A stretch of DNA of 64,000 nt from Vulcanimicrobiota bacterium (GCA_963723515.1 CAVRQT010000003.1:576001-640000); one strand, 5' to 3'. Positions 22,999 to 35,177 are shown, numbered from the stretch's first letter. The notes: generated from the sequence alone by a model not told the origin. Numbers and translations are program-made.

Positions 22999-23877
22999 TT
23001 ATGGCGTTGGCGATGCTGTTGGCGAAAGCGCTTCTGCAGCCGTGCGCGCGGGCTGCGAGGACGAACCGCGAGCATGCGGTCCGATTTTCCAAAGCATGAT
23101 CGCGGCTTGAGCGCGTGTCAGCGTTGCCTTCGGGTGAAACATGGCGATTGCGCCAAACGCTCTTGGGACGTTGTCGACCCGCATCTCTGAGTGGTCCCTA
23201 TTGTTGCGATCGTCCCACTGGCCTGTCGCGATTGCGCCGACGTACTCAGGTGAGATGTCGTGCTTGTCTTTCCAATCCGGCAGATTATAGTAACCGTACG
23301 TCGGCTGGGCTTTGTTTATAACGAAATCTTTATCGACTCCGCCGCGATCGAGCGCAGATTTGATGGCGACGGCCTGCTCGTGCGTGATCGGAATATCGGG
23401 GCGAAACGTCTTGTCGGGAAAGCCAACCGAAATGCCTGCGTCTTGCATGCCTTCGATGTATTGGAAATCAGGATCGCTCGTCTTCACATCGGTGAAGCTC
23501 GACGGAACGCCCTGCGCGGGGTGAATTAAGTTGTTCGGATCGTTGGCCCAGATTGCGTTGTTCGCGTTGAAGAGCCAGCGTACGAACTCGCGGCGCAAGA
23601 TCGGCTTTGCCGGGTCGAAATGGCCCGTTGGCTGGCCGAAGACGTCGAGTGAAGCAAGCTGTTTGATCTGATCGGCTCCAAAAATGCCGTTGATGTCATC
23701 GTAAGAAACGGTCAACGCTGAGGGAGCTGCGTTAGGCGTCGCTCCCGATGGTTGCGCAGTTGACGCTTGTTCAGGCGATGCACCGGTTGGCGCCTCAGTG
23801 GCGGTCGTGCTCGCGGAACGGTTTGAACAAGCGCTCAGTAACAGTGCGGCGGCGAATATAAAGGCAACGTACTTCAT
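22999..23877 (-). CDS. S-layer homology (SLH) domain lipoprotein
   Basis: Lipobox LSAC; SLH-like repeats FRPDIPITHEQ and FHPKATLTRAQAA. Confidence 0.8.
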   Translation of the reverse strand: MKYVAFIFAAALLLSACSNRSASTTATEAPTGASPEQASTAQPSGATPNAAPSALTVSYDDINGIFGADQIKQLASLDVFGQPTGHFDPAKPILRREFVRWLFNANNAIWANDPNNLIHPAQGVPSSFTDVKTSDPDFQYIEGMQDAGISVGFPDKTFRPDIPITHEQAVAIKSALDRGGVDKDFVINKAQPTYGYYNLPDWKDKHDISPEYVGAIATGQWDDRNNRDHSEMRVDNVPRAFGAIAMFHPKATLTRAQAAIMLWKIGPHARGSSSQPARTAAEALSPTASPTP

Positions 23878-23937
23878 TGATCCTCCGGCGGCAATGTATT
23901 ATCGCTAGAGGTATCTAATGCGGGAGTCGCTTCCCTG

Positions 23938-24573
23938 CTATTGCACCTTAACGAGGTTCGGGAACCGTTTGTGCAGCGCTTCAACCTTCGGTTTATCGTT
24001 GTAGACGATATAAGGATTATCCGGATTATGTTGCATGAAGTGCTGGTGGTAGGCCTCAGCCGGATAGAATCCCTGAAGCGCTTCTATCTTCGTAACGATT
24101 GCATTCCTGAACGCCTTGCGAGCCGTTAGCTGCGCAATGTACGCGAGCGACTCCGCCCGTTGTGCGCCGGTCGTGTAGAAGATCTCCGAGCGGTATTGCG
24201 AGCCTTCATCTGGCCCTTGACGGTTCAGTTGCGTCGGATCATGCGCGACTAAGAAATAGACGTCCAGAAGTTGCCTGAAGGAGATCTTCGCCGGGTCATA
24301 CGTGATATCGACTGATTCGGCGTGTCCCGTTAAGCCGGTGCTGACGGTCTCATAGTGAGCCGTCGGCTTGCTGCCGCCGGCGTAGCCCGAGACGACATTC
24401 GAGACGCCTTTGAGTTGTTCGAAGACGCCCTCCATTCCCCAGAAACATCCGCCGGCCAAGACGACGTGCTGCTCGGAAGCTGCTTGTGCAATGGCCGTGG
24501 CAGATGGCGGCATCCCGACCGCAAAGGCGAGACCGGCGATCAAGGCAAGAAAACGGTGCATCGATTTATTCAT
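23938..24573 (-). CDS. msrA: Peptide methionine (S)-sulfoxide reductase, exported
   Basis: GGCFWG, GHAE, AEAYHQ motifs; signal peptide. Confidence 0.95.
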   Translation of the reverse strand: MNKSMHRFLALIAGLAFAVGMPPSATAIAQAASEQHVVLAGGCFWGMEGVFEQLKGVSNVVSGYAGGSKPTAHYETVSTGLTGHAESVDITYDPAKISFRQLLDVYFLVAHDPTQLNRQGPDEGSQYRSEIFYTTGAQRAESLAYIAQLTARKAFRNAIVTKIEALQGFYPAEAYHQHFMQHNPDNPYIVYNDKPKVEALHKRFPNLVKVQ

Positions 24574-24616
24574 CTCGCTATTTCTAACGCCGGCCAAGCG
24601 GTTTTAGATGCATGGA

Positions 24617-25159
24617 TTACAGCGTCTTAATGATTCCCATTAACTTGAGCACCGTATTCCAATTCCGAGCCGTGCCACGCGTGTCGAGCTTTCGCTCGAT
24701 CAAGTTGGACGAAAGCCTTGAGTTGCCCACGCCGTCCGGATAATAGAGGTAGGCGGTGTCCCCGTTGACACTAACCCGTTCGCGTGCCGGAATCGCTGCC
24801 GTCAGAGCATCAATAGCCGCCGGCGACGGCGAGCTTCTCAAGAAGCAGAGCAACAAGTGGCTCGGATCGGCCTTGGCTTCGTTCGGAAAAGGATTGCCCT
24901 CAATTGCTTTATTCAATTGCCTTTGCGAACGCACGATGCAGTCGACCGGCATCCGGAACCGTTCCACTATGACTCTTGCCAGCGTTTCCTCGAGTTTGCG
25001 AGGCGTGCTGCCTGTAAATCCGAAGACGACGTTGCCGCTTTGCAACAGCGTTTGCGCCGGCCCGAGACCAGCCTCGTCAAAAAGCTTGCGCAGTTCGGCC
25101 ATCGCGACCATCTTGCGTCCTGCAAGATTGACGCCGCGCAGCAGTGCAACATAGAGCAT
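24617..25159 (-). CDS. DUF1697 protein
   Basis: YVALLRGVN, QSGN, TARNWNTV motifs. Confidence 0.9.
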   Translation of the reverse strand: MLYVALLRGVNLAGRKMVAMAELRKLFDEAGLGPAQTLLQSGNVVFGFTGSTPRKLEETLARVIVERFRMPVDCIVRSQRQLNKAIEGNPFPNEAKADPSHLLLCFLRSSPSPAAIDALTAAIPARERVSVNGDTAYLYYPDGVGNSRLSSNLIERKLDTRGTARNWNTVLKLMGIIKTL

Positions 25160-25314
25160 AGGGTTTGATGTGCTCCCTCGGCAGATCGCGACCTGTCAAA
25201 GACTGGGCGAGGACGCAAGAAGAGCGGGGCACGCAAGAAATCGAGCGGCCGTAGAAAATCGGCTGTTGGTGGACGCAAGACGGGCGATGCAAGCAGCCGC
25301 TAAAAGCCGCTTAG

Positions 25315-26511
25315 ATGGCGCTTAGCAATATGCTGGCGCTGACCGGAGCGACGATCTTTGCGAGCCCGACTGCGAGAGCGGTCAAGAATAGTATGGTTCT
25401 CATCGATGGCGAGAAGATCATCGCCGTTGAGACAGCCGACGGGCGGATTGTCCCAGACGAATGCCGCGTCATCGATTGCACCGGCAATACGATCACGGCA
25501 GGCTTCTGGAATTCGCACGTTCATTTCTTTGAGCGAAAGTGGGCCGACATTCCGGCGATTCCGCCGCAAGAGCTCACGGCGCAGCTTTGCGATATGTCGA
25601 CGCGCTTCGGATTTACGAGCGTTTTCGACATCGGGTCTATGTGGGAAAACACCCGACGCTTGCGAGATCGCATCGAAAGCGGTGAAGTTTGCGGGCCTCG
25701 AATCTACTCGACCGGTGAAGGGCTGCTGCCGCCGAATGCGTTGCCCGAAGAAGCGGTACTCCGAACGATGGGCGTAATGAATTTCCCAGCGCCGGAGATT
25801 TCGTCCGCGTCGGGGGCGGCCTCGGCTGCTGCACGGTTAATCGCCGCGGGGGTTGACGCAATTAAGATTTTCGCATCGTCGCCGCGCAGCGAGCCGCTCA
25901 CGGAAGATGCAATGCGTGCGGCCGTCGTTGAAGCGCATCGCGCTGAAAAACCGGCTTTCGTCCATCCAAATAGCGCTGACGACGTAAAGCGCGCGCTGAA
26001 TGCCGGTGCTGATGTTGTTGCGCACACGACGCCAACGTCTGGTGCCTGGAGTGAGAGCCTCATGAAGGCAGCGAATGAGCATAAGGCCGCGCTGACGCCG
26101 ACATTGATGCTCTGGAAACAATTTCTGCGACACGACCGTCGCTCGATGCAAGAGCCGGTTAGGGAAACAGCCATCGCTCAACTGAAAGCATGGCGCGAAG
26201 CAGGAGCAAGTGTTCTTTTTGGTACGGATCTTGGAGCCGTTGACTACGATCCGACGGACGAGTATCTCATGATGGCGCAGGCCGGCATGGGGTTTGAAGA
26301 CATTCTCGCGTCATTGACGACGGTGCCGTCGGAACGGTTCAGCAGTCCATCGCAGAGTGGAAGAATCGCCGCAGATGCGCAGGCCGATCTGGTCGTGCTC
26401 AAGCGTGATCCTTTGCTGGATATCGCGGCCTTGAGCGACGTTCGCTTTACGTTACGCGCGGGCCGTGTCGTCTACAGCGATGCCGAGGAAGACGCTCAGC
26501 GCTATGCATGA
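25315..26511 (+). CDS. Amidohydrolase family protein
   Basis: AGFWNSHVH (HxH), FGTD, ADLVVL..DP motifs. Confidence 0.88.
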   Translation: MALSNMLALTGATIFASPTARAVKNSMVLIDGEKIIAVETADGRIVPDECRVIDCTGNTITAGFWNSHVHFFERKWADIPAIPPQELTAQLCDMSTRFGFTSVFDIGSMWENTRRLRDRIESGEVCGPRIYSTGEGLLPPNALPEEAVLRTMGVMNFPAPEISSASGAASAAARLIAAGVDAIKIFASSPRSEPLTEDAMRAAVVEAHRAEKPAFVHPNSADDVKRALNAGADVVAHTTPTSGAWSESLMKAANEHKAALTPTLMLWKQFLRHDRRSMQEPVRETAIAQLKAWREAGASVLFGTDLGAVDYDPTDEYLMMAQAGMGFEDILASLTTVPSERFSSPSQSGRIAADAQADLVVLKRDPLLDIAALSDVRFTLRAGRVVYSDAEEDAQRYA

Positions 26512-27839
26512 GGCGGCCATGGCCGGGCGCATCCAGTTTGCGTTCACGATTATGTTTCACTATCTCTTTCCGATTGGGACGATGGGCTTGGCGCCGTTCA
26601 TCGCTTGGTACACCGCCAAAGGAATAAAGGGAGACGACGTTGCGATGCGCGCCGCCCGATTCCTTACGAAGATCTTTGCGATCAATTTCGCAATCGGCGT
26701 CGTGACGGGCATCCCGATGGAATTTCAGTTCGGGACCAATTGGGCTGCATTCGCCGCGCGGGTCGGGGGCCGTCGTTGGTCAGACGCTCGCAATGGAAAG
26801 CGTCTTTGCGTTCTTGCTCGAGTCCGTGTTCCTCGGCGTTTTCTTGTACGGCCGCCGGTATGTGTCGCCAGGGTTTTACGCGTTCTCGGCGTTCGCCGTG
26901 TGGGCGGGGTCCTGGCTTTCCGGTTTCTTCATTGTTGCTACGAACGCGTGGATGCAGCATCCGGTCGGTTATGCTATCGCTCGCGGCGGCACGATCGAAC
27001 TCCGTTCCATCGGCGACGTGCTGCTCTCATCGTTTGCGTGGTGGGAGTACTTACACGTCATGACCGGCGCTCTGCTTGCCGGTTCCTTCGTCGTGGCCGG
27101 AATAGGTGCGTACTACTTGCTGGCCGGTCGATTCGAAAACTTTGGGATGCGGTTCGTGCGGGCGGGGGCGATCGTCGGGCTAATGACGTCGCTCATCGCG
27201 GTCTTTCCGACAGGCGACCGCAACAGCGCCAACGTGACGCAATATCAGCCGGTGAAGCTCGCCGCGATGGAAGGGCTGTTCGTCTCAAAAGTGGGCGCGC
27301 CGCTTGCGATCATCGGAATGCCCGATGTGCAGCACGAAACGTTGATCGATCCGATCTACGTGCCGTCGTTGCTGAGCTTTCTCGCCTACGGAAATGTTCG
27401 CGCCAATGTGCGTGGCTTAACAGAGTACTCGCAAGATGTTCGGCCGCCGATTGAACTGACGTATTATGCTTACCACGTCATGGTCGGCCTCGGCACGATC
27501 TTCGTCGCGCTTACGGCGCTTGCCGTCTTGCTTCTCCTCTTCCGCAGATTGTACAGCGCTCGTTGGCTGCTGTGGCTCTTGATGCTCGCGATGCCGTTTC
27601 CGTATATCGCAAATGAGGCGGGTTGGATGGTCACCGAAGTTGGCCGTCAGCCGTGGATCGTCTATGGTTTGATGCGCACGGCACAAGCCGCTTCGCCAAA
27701 CGTCGCATCCGGCGAGACGATCTTCACGACGATCGGCTTTGCCGGCATGTACTTCTTGCTCGGAGTGCTGTTCTTGCTCCTGATCTTGCGCGAGATCGCG
27801 ATTGGGCCCGCAGAGCTCGCCGTCGTGCCGGCCACATGA
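26504..27839 (+). CDS. cydA: Cytochrome bd ubiquinol oxidase subunit I (one frameshift near 26770)
   Basis: QFAFTIMFHYLF, EFQFGTNW, NAWMQHP, QPVKLAAMEG, EVGRQPW spread over two frames. Confidence 0.92.
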
Positions 27840-28825
27840 ACGTCGCCGCCTTCGTTTTGTTAGCGGGAACACTCGCCGGCTTTGTGATTCTTGACGGCTA
27901 CGACTTGGGGATGGGAGCGATTCACTTATTTTATGCACGAACGCAAGAGGAGCGTGCAGCGTCGTTTCGGGCGATCGGTCCGTTTTGGAGCGGGAACGAA
28001 GTGCTGTTGATCGCTGCAGGCGCGATCTTGTTCGCGCTCTTTCCAAAGGTTTACGCGGTTTCTTTTAGCGGTTTCTATTTGCCGTTTATGGTGCTCTTGT
28101 GGTTGCTGATGGTGCGCGGAGTGTCGATCGAATTACGCGGGCATCTAAAGAGCGCGTTATGGTATGGCTTTTGGGATGTGGCGTTTTCGGTTTCCAGCAT
28201 TCTTTTGGCGTTGATTCTCGGAGTAGCGCTTGGCAATGTCCTGCGCGGCGTGCCGCTGCAGGCTCAGGGATATTTCGCCGGCAGCTTCAGCCTGCTGCTT
28301 AACGGCTACGCGTTGCTCGTTGGTGTCTTCGCGCTGATTGCTCTGGCGATGCATGGCTCGGCGTTCGCAATCTGGCGAGTAGGAGACGAGCTTCGCATGC
28401 GCGCTCAGAAGGCGTTCCCTTCACTGTGGGTATTGACGCTGATTCTGCTCATCATCGTCACCGTCTTGACTTTAAGATTGCGAGCCGTATCGGTAAGCCC
28501 AGCTCTGTTGCTCGCCCCTGCCGCCGCGCTGATCTCCCTCGTTATGGCTCGATTTCTGCCACGAGCCGACCTTCGATTCAGCTGCACGACCGTATTCTTG
28601 TTTGCGGTAATGGCTTGCGCCGCGCAGACGCTCTACCCGTACCTGCTGCCGGCATTTCCACTTGGCACGGGCGGACTAACGATCTTCAACAGCGCTCCGG
28701 CGGGCGCTTCAATTTCGACCGCCTTCACGGCCGGTGTTATTGGGATTGGTGCCGCGTTAGTCTACGCGACGCTCGCGGCCCGGCGAATCCTGAAAAACGC
28801 CGCAAGCGACGTTCCTCTCAATTAG
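27836..28825 (+). CDS. cydB: Cytochrome bd ubiquinol oxidase subunit II
   Basis: LDGYDLGMG, IGPFWSGNEV motifs; ATGA overlap with cydA. Confidence 0.92.
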   Translation: MNVAAFVLLAGTLAGFVILDGYDLGMGAIHLFYARTQEERAASFRAIGPFWSGNEVLLIAAGAILFALFPKVYAVSFSGFYLPFMVLLWLLMVRGVSIELRGHLKSALWYGFWDVAFSVSSILLALILGVALGNVLRGVPLQAQGYFAGSFSLLLNGYALLVGVFALIALAMHGSAFAIWRVGDELRMRAQKAFPSLWVLTLILLIIVTVLTLRLRAVSVSPALLLAPAAALISLVMARFLPRADLRFSCTTVFLFAVMACAAQTLYPYLLPAFPLGTGGLTIFNSAPAGASISTAFTAGVIGIGAALVYATLAARRILKNAASDVPLN

Positions 28826-29055
28826 GGGCGCCGCTTTCCGGCTGCGAGCATGGCGCAGGCTCGCTCGATTCGGCGGCTGCGCGTCTCCGCTTGTTTAGCG
28901 CCATTGATCCAACTGATGAAGTCCCGCCGCGCGATTGGCGTGAGATTGCTCCATTTAGCTTTTGCTATCGGCGCACGCGCGAGCGCTTTGCGAAGATCGG
29001 AGGGGGTTGGGGATCGTGATTCCGCTTCAGCCGCGTTCTGATACACTTTCTTCAT
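28822..29055 (-). CDS. YdeI/OmpD-associated family protein
   Basis: P.DL..AL...W..L.P..R...I.WI..AK..ETR.RRI pattern. Confidence 0.8.
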   Translation of the reverse strand: MKKVYQNAAEAESRSPTPSDLRKALARAPIAKAKWSNLTPIARRDFISWINGAKQAETRSRRIERACAMLAAGKRRP

Positions 29056-29102
29056 TCTTCAGAATTAAATAGTTATCGACGGAGCGGCGGCTCGGAGCGT
29101 GA

Positions 29103-30049
29103 TCAAGGTGCGGTTATCCTGAGCTGATTCAGAGCCGTAACGATGGCGTCGGCAAGGCGATTGTCCCCATGGCCGGCATCCACCACGCGGAGCTCGCTCC
29201 CCTGCCACCGCTTATGGAGGCGCCAGGCAGTTTCCAACGGGCTGCTAACGTCGTAACGCCCGTGAAGAAGGAAGCCGGGGATCGTACTTAGCGTCGGGGC
29301 ATTGCGTAAGAGTTGATCATCGTCCAAAAACGCGGAATGTTTCCAGTAATGAGTTACGATTCGCGCAAAACGCAAACAAAATTCCGGATCCTCGAAACGA
29401 CGATTTGGCGTATGGTCTGGAATCAGGGAAACGTGCGCCTCTTCCCACGCACACCATTCCATTGCGGCGGCTACACAAGCGGAACGATCGCTATTGAACA
29501 ACAGCGAGTAATAGGCATCGACGATACGCATATGCTGGAGCGATAATGGAATGTGAGAGATAAAGCGTTCCCACTGCTGGGGAAAGATGCGGCCGACGTC
29601 GCGCGTAATCCAGTCTATCTCGCGGCGGGTCGTCGTGGTGACGCCGCCCAAAACTATTGCAGCGACACGTCTGGGATAGGCCTCCGCATACGCAAGTGCG
29701 AGCGTGCTGCCCAGGAAACCCCGAGCATGTGCCAGCGGTCGATGGAAAGATGTCCGCGGATCAGCTCCAGATCATGTATAAGGTCTTGAGTCGAATTCGT
29801 CCGAAGTTGCGATCGATCAGTTACTAGCGGTCTGCTTCGTCCACAGCCCCGCTGATCAAACAAGATGACATTATAAGCTTCTGGGTCGAAAAGCAGCGGG
29901 CGCGCCATGTGCTGCCGGAGCCTGGTCCTCCGTGGAGGTATACCGCTCGGCTTACCCTTCGGATTGCCGCAACGCTCCCAATAGATTGAGTTGCCATCCC
30001 CAACGTCAAGCAGGCCTTGGTCGAATGGATCTATGTCGGCGTAGGCCAT
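29103..30049 (-). CDS. pip: Prolyl aminopeptidase (alpha/beta hydrolase; several frameshifts)
   Basis: LHGGPG, FDQRGCGRS, GVSW, HGRYD, AGH motifs across frames. Confidence 0.85.
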
Positions 30050-30218
30050 TTGTTTAGAGTTGGCCATGCGAGGCGAATTGTCCGCACCCTCTGGGACAAA
30101 TCGACGCGCGTTGGCTCAATAGGAGTGGACGAGCTGCGCGCAAGTTGTCGCGCGCGGCATTTGAGGCTACGGGAAGCCAAAGACGAAGCGAAGACGCATC
30201 GCGTATGCAACGGCGCTT

Positions 30219-33200
30219 TTAGCTGCAGCCGCTTGTCGCCCCGCAACTATCGCACTTTAGGCACGTCCCGTTGCGCACGAGCGTGAATTGGCCGCACTCG
30301 TTGCACGGATCACCGCAGTAGCCTTTGGCCACCGCAACACGTTGCAGCATGCTTTGACCGACCGTGACGGATCCTTGATGGCTTCCGTTTCCGCGCTTTG
30401 GCCCCGCTTGACCGTTCTCGTCGGTAACACTGTTCCGAAATGCGCGGCGGCTCAACCGGCACTCCCGGGATGCAAATGCGTGCTCGTGGGATGCAGTTTT
30501 TCTTGCACGGCCGACTGCTGCGGATCGACGTAATGGATGTCGTCGCTCTCTTCCTCCGCTTCGTATTCCGGCTCCACGCCCATGGCGTCGACATCCATGC
30601 TCGGCTGCACTTGAGCGAGTTCGTAACGGCCGAGATAACTGACGGCCAACTCGCGGAAGATGTAGTCGAGGATCGACGTTGCCATCTTGATGTTTTCGTG
30701 TCCGACGACGGGGCCGTTCGGCTCGAAACGCGTGAACGTGAACGCCTCGACGTATTCCTCGAGCGGCACACCGTGTTGGAGCCCTAAGCTGAATCGCGAT
30801 CGCGAAATTGTTCATGAGCGAGCGGAAAGCGGCGCCTTCTTTGTGCATGTCGATGAAGATCTCGCCGAGCGTGCCGTCTTCGTACTCACCCGTGCGCAGA
30901 TAGACTTTGTGTCCGCCGACGACGGCCTTCTGCGTGTAGCCGCTGCGCCGGTGCGGCATGCGGCGGCGCTTCGCGATGTAGCGGTACACGATGCGTTTCG
31001 GCGATTTGCATCGGCGTTTGATACGGTTGGACGCGGTTTCATTGCTCCGCCGTCGACCCCGACATCGTAACTCGCTGCTAGAGGTTGCGAAAGCTTGCTA
31101 CCGTCGCGATAGAGCGCAACGGCCTTGATCATGCGCTCCCAGCTATAGCGATAGGCGTCTTTGACATCTGCAATCGTCGCGGTCTGCGGAAGGTTGATCG
31201 TTTTTGAGATAGCGCCCGAGATAAACGGTTGCGCCGCAGCCATCATGTCGACGTGCGCTAGCGGACGAATGTACCGCGAGCCGTGTTTTCCGCAGGGCGT
31301 CGCACAGTCGAAGACTGCAAGGTGCTCGTCACGTGAGATGCGGTGCGCCTTCGAGCGTCATCCGCCCGCAAATGACATCCGACGCCTCATCGATCTGCTG
31401 CCCGGTGAAGCCCGAGCGCATCTCGCAGGATCGAATAGTTTGGTCGGCGAGTTCTTCTTCGGTCATGCCCAGAGTTTCGCGGCAGAATTCATCGCCCAGA
31501 CACGAAGCGATTGAAGACAAACGGCAGCTCGAAAGCGCTGACAAGCCGCTCTTCGATTTTCGCGAGCGCCTCGTCGTCGAAACCCCTTGCTCGTAGCGTC
31601 GCGGCGATTGATGTGCGGCGCGCCCTCGAGCGTGCCGTTCCCTTCGCGAACGTTTCGATGTCGCGAATCTGCGCGTCGTTGTAGCCAAGTTTACGTAGTG
31701 CTGCTTCGACGGACTGGTTGACGATCTTAAAGTGGCCGCCGCCGGCTAGCTTCTTGAATTTAACGAGCGCGAAGTCGGGCTCGATACCGGTCGTATCGCA
31801 GTCCATCACCAGGGCGATTGTGTTGTGTGAAATGAAGCCGTTAGCAAGTACGTCAGATTTGCTGGCACTGAGAGATCGTAGGTAAGTTGTTCGCCGCCAT
31901 CTTCGTTGCTAACAATCGCGTCATAATAAAAATCAAGCGCGCAGGCTAAGCGATCGTCGCATGTAGTCTTCTGAGAAGTTGCGTGGCTAGGTTGCGTGAG
32001 ATGGCTCCTGGATTCCGCGAATGTGAATTGTATAGCGCAGTTTTCGGAACATTTCCGCTCGCAACGAGCTCCTTAACAAGCACGTCGCCGACATAAACAT
32101 TGTCATGCTTCCTCGCTTGCCAGCCATCCCTGTGTTCAACACGAGCGCGCTTGCGCGCTCCGATAAGACCTGCGACTTGCATGAATGCTTGAGTATAAGA
32201 AAGATTGGCAACTCGCGTGCAGTAGATGCCCGATTTTCCCCAGCCGGAAGTGGTCATTCTTGTAGTTGTCGGTACGCCAAGTGCGAGTAGAAGCAACTTA
32301 ACGTGCTCGGTGAATTTGCGCGAAGTTGATGACCACGTTGGTACGCCAGTGGTGACTGTGCCATCGGCCTCGAAGAGTCCGCGCACGAACGCGCCATATA
32401 CGATGGGATCGTTGGAGGCTAATACCGCGTCCGGAATATGTGGAACGTATCCCTTGCCTGAGTGGTTCTCCGTGGGGGCGGCCGCTTTCTGAATCCGCAT
32501 GCTTCCCACCATAGCGTGAGCGGCACGGAATGTACTGACACGTCGATATAGCCTGCGGCTTGGGAGATCTTCGCTTCCAAATTGAAAAGCCGACGAATCA
32601 GCAGAACGAGATGGTCCGCGACGTCAAAGTCATCTTGGCTCACGCAAAAGCGCAGGCCCTTACTGTGGAATGAGCCGTCACCCATGAAGTAGCCGATTAG
32701 CTCCGCTAAGTCGGCATTCATAACTCGAGGTACACGCGTCGTATAGTCGCCGGTCCAATATTCTTCCGCGACGTCCGGGAGATTTACGACCTGTCTTGCA
32801 CCTATAAGATTGCTCATTGAGAGAGGCACGATATCGTTTGACTTAACGTCGGCTAAGCGTTTCCATTCCGCATCACCAGTCGTGGTATTGATGACCTTAA
32901 TGCGATGTGTAAGCGTTCCCTGAATTGCATAACCGCTTTTTGTAGTCAGGCGGCGCGTTGAATCGATGCCATTCACAAAGAACTTTGTCGCTCGCTGTTC
33001 TCCGTCGTCCGTTAAGACGCGAAAGTTAGCGTCTTGCCACTTTGAGCCGTTGATGTCTCCGAGACGATCGAGTCTAATCATTCCACGATCGGTTGTGACA
33101 AGCGAATCGCCGGTCAGGCAACCAGTGGGCGCGATCACGGTCGTCTGTGCATTGCGGAAGCCTGAAACCTCGCCGACCGCAAGCGCTTCATCCCACATCT

Positions 33201-35121
33201 TGCGAGCGAGCGCCCATGTTTTTTCGGTGAACAAGATTGGCGCATGCGCTACCGGCCTGATAGAGAGCTTTTCGTATTCAGAATCATCTGCGTGGTAGGC
33301 GGCGCGGCGATGGTTGCGGATGACGCGCAGCATCGAATCCCAATTCTGTTCGTAACGCGCAAAGGCGCCGAACTGCTGCGCCATTTCCGCCGAACAGTGA
33401 TATGCGGTGCCGGTCATCAGTGATGTGATTGCGGCGCACCAACCGAACGCTTCTTCCGAATCATACGGCAAGCCCATACGCATCAATAGCGTGCCGAGGT
33501 TCGCGTATCCTAAGCCGAGCGTTCGGTAGTCGTAGGACTTTTGGGCGATATCTCGCGATGGGAATTGTGCCATGAGCACGCTGATCTCAAGCGTGAAGGT
33601 CCAGAAGCGACATGCGTCTGCAAAACACTTTGCATCAAATTCACCTTTGGCATCCTCAAATTTGACGAGGTTCATGCTAGCGAGGTTGCATGCCGTGTCA
33701 TCTAAAAACATGTATTCGGAGCACGGATTGCTTGCGTTGATGCGGCCGTCGCTCGCGCATGTATGCCACTCGTTAATCGTTGTGTCGTACTGAACGCCTG
33801 GATCAGCGCATTGCCAAGCTGAAAGCGCGATATCTTCCCATAACTGCGGGGCTGGAATATTCTTTGAAACAGTGCCGTTCGTACGCTCCCTCAACTGCCA
33901 TTCTTCGTTATTATCTAGCTTATCGAAGAAAGAATTTGGAACGCGAACTGAGTTGTTCGAGTTCTGGCCGGAAACGGTTCCATATGCTTTGCTATCCCAA
34001 TTGACATCGTAGGTCTCGATTTTGAGCTCTTTGTAGCCCTGTTTCGCAAAATCAAGCGCATACTGAACGTTCGCTTGCGGAATACCAGCTGTTAATGCTG
34101 CTCGTATTGCCGCGCGCAATGTGACGTTGAGTGCTGGATCCAGACGAGCCGCTTCAGGAATTCGCTCATCGTGTGCGGCTTTCATAATTGCGTTTAAATG
34201 CCGCTCGCAGGTGATGGAGCCGGCTACGAGGTCAGAAACTTTTTGCTCTTCTTTGACCTTCCAAAGAATGAAATCTTCAACATCGGGATGATCGAGATCG
34301 AGGCAGACCATCTTTGCAGCACGGCGTGTCGTGCCGCCGGATTTAATTGCGCCAGCCGCGCGGTCCCCGACGCGCAAAAAAGACATCAATCCAGATGAGG
34401 TGCCACCACCGGAAAGTCGTTCACCTTCGCCACGGATCTTGGAAAAATTTGAACCGGTGCCGCTGCCGAATTTGAAGATACGCGCTTCACGAACCCACAA
34501 GTCCATGATGCCGCCTTCGTTCACCAGATCATCGTTAACGGATTGAATGAAGCATGCGTGGGGCGCGGGATGCTCGTATGCGTTTACGCTGCGGGTTAGC
34601 TCTTTGGTCTTGGGATCGACGTAATAATGACCTTGGGCCGGGCCGGCAATACCATACGCCCAATGCAAGCCGGTGTTAAACCACTGCGGACTGTTCGGCG
34701 CGCCGATCTGGCGTGCAAGCATGGCGCACATCTCACCGTAATAAATCTGTGCGTCTCCTTCGGAATCAAAGTAGCCGTGCTTGAAGCCCCAGTACGTCCA
34801 GCATCCCGCTAAGCGATGAAAGACTTCTCGCGCATCATGCTCTCCGCCAAATTCAGCGCCATCATCGGGCTCGGTACGCCACAACCACTGCGGAACACCG
34901 TCTTCCGGAACGCGCCGGCCCTTTGTCGGAACTCCGGCTTTGCGACAATACTTTTGCGCTAGGACGTCGGTAGCGACTTGGCTCCAAGTTGCCGGGACCA
35001 TGACGTCCTTGGCTTCGAAAACGATGCCGCCGTCGGGATTGACGATGCGACTCGTTCTGGGTTCGAACGTAAGGCCGGCGTAGGGGTCGCCGGGAGCGGA
35101 GTAGGTGCGGCGAAACTTCAC
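30219..35121 (-). CDS. nrdJ: Adenosylcobalamin-dependent class II ribonucleotide reductase with intein (several frameshifts in the 3' half)
   Basis: [44 protein letters not shown]-terminal CNECG..CDSCG Zn ribbon. Confidence 0.95.
31822..33120 (-). mobile_element. Intein with LAGLIDADG homing endonuclease inserted in nrdJ
   Basis: Starts [10 protein letters not shown], ends [12 protein letters not shown]; block B TLTH; LAGLIDADG motifs LIGYFMGDG and VRGLFEADG. Confidence 0.92.
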
Positions 35122-35163
35122 TGAAGCGTCCCTCTCTGAGTAAAGTGTTCGTTTAGGCGTGCC

Positions 35164-35177
35164 CGAACACCTGTTCG
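35164..35177. promoter_or_regulatory. Gram-positive-type LexA (SOS) box
   Basis: Perfect CGAAC-ACCT-GTTCG upstream of nrdJ. Confidence 0.65.

Noticed and set aside
25200..25295. CRISPR-like array from the ACGCAAGA repeats
   Set aside because: The repeats are short, degenerate and irregularly spaced, they follow codon periodicity, and there are no cas genes.
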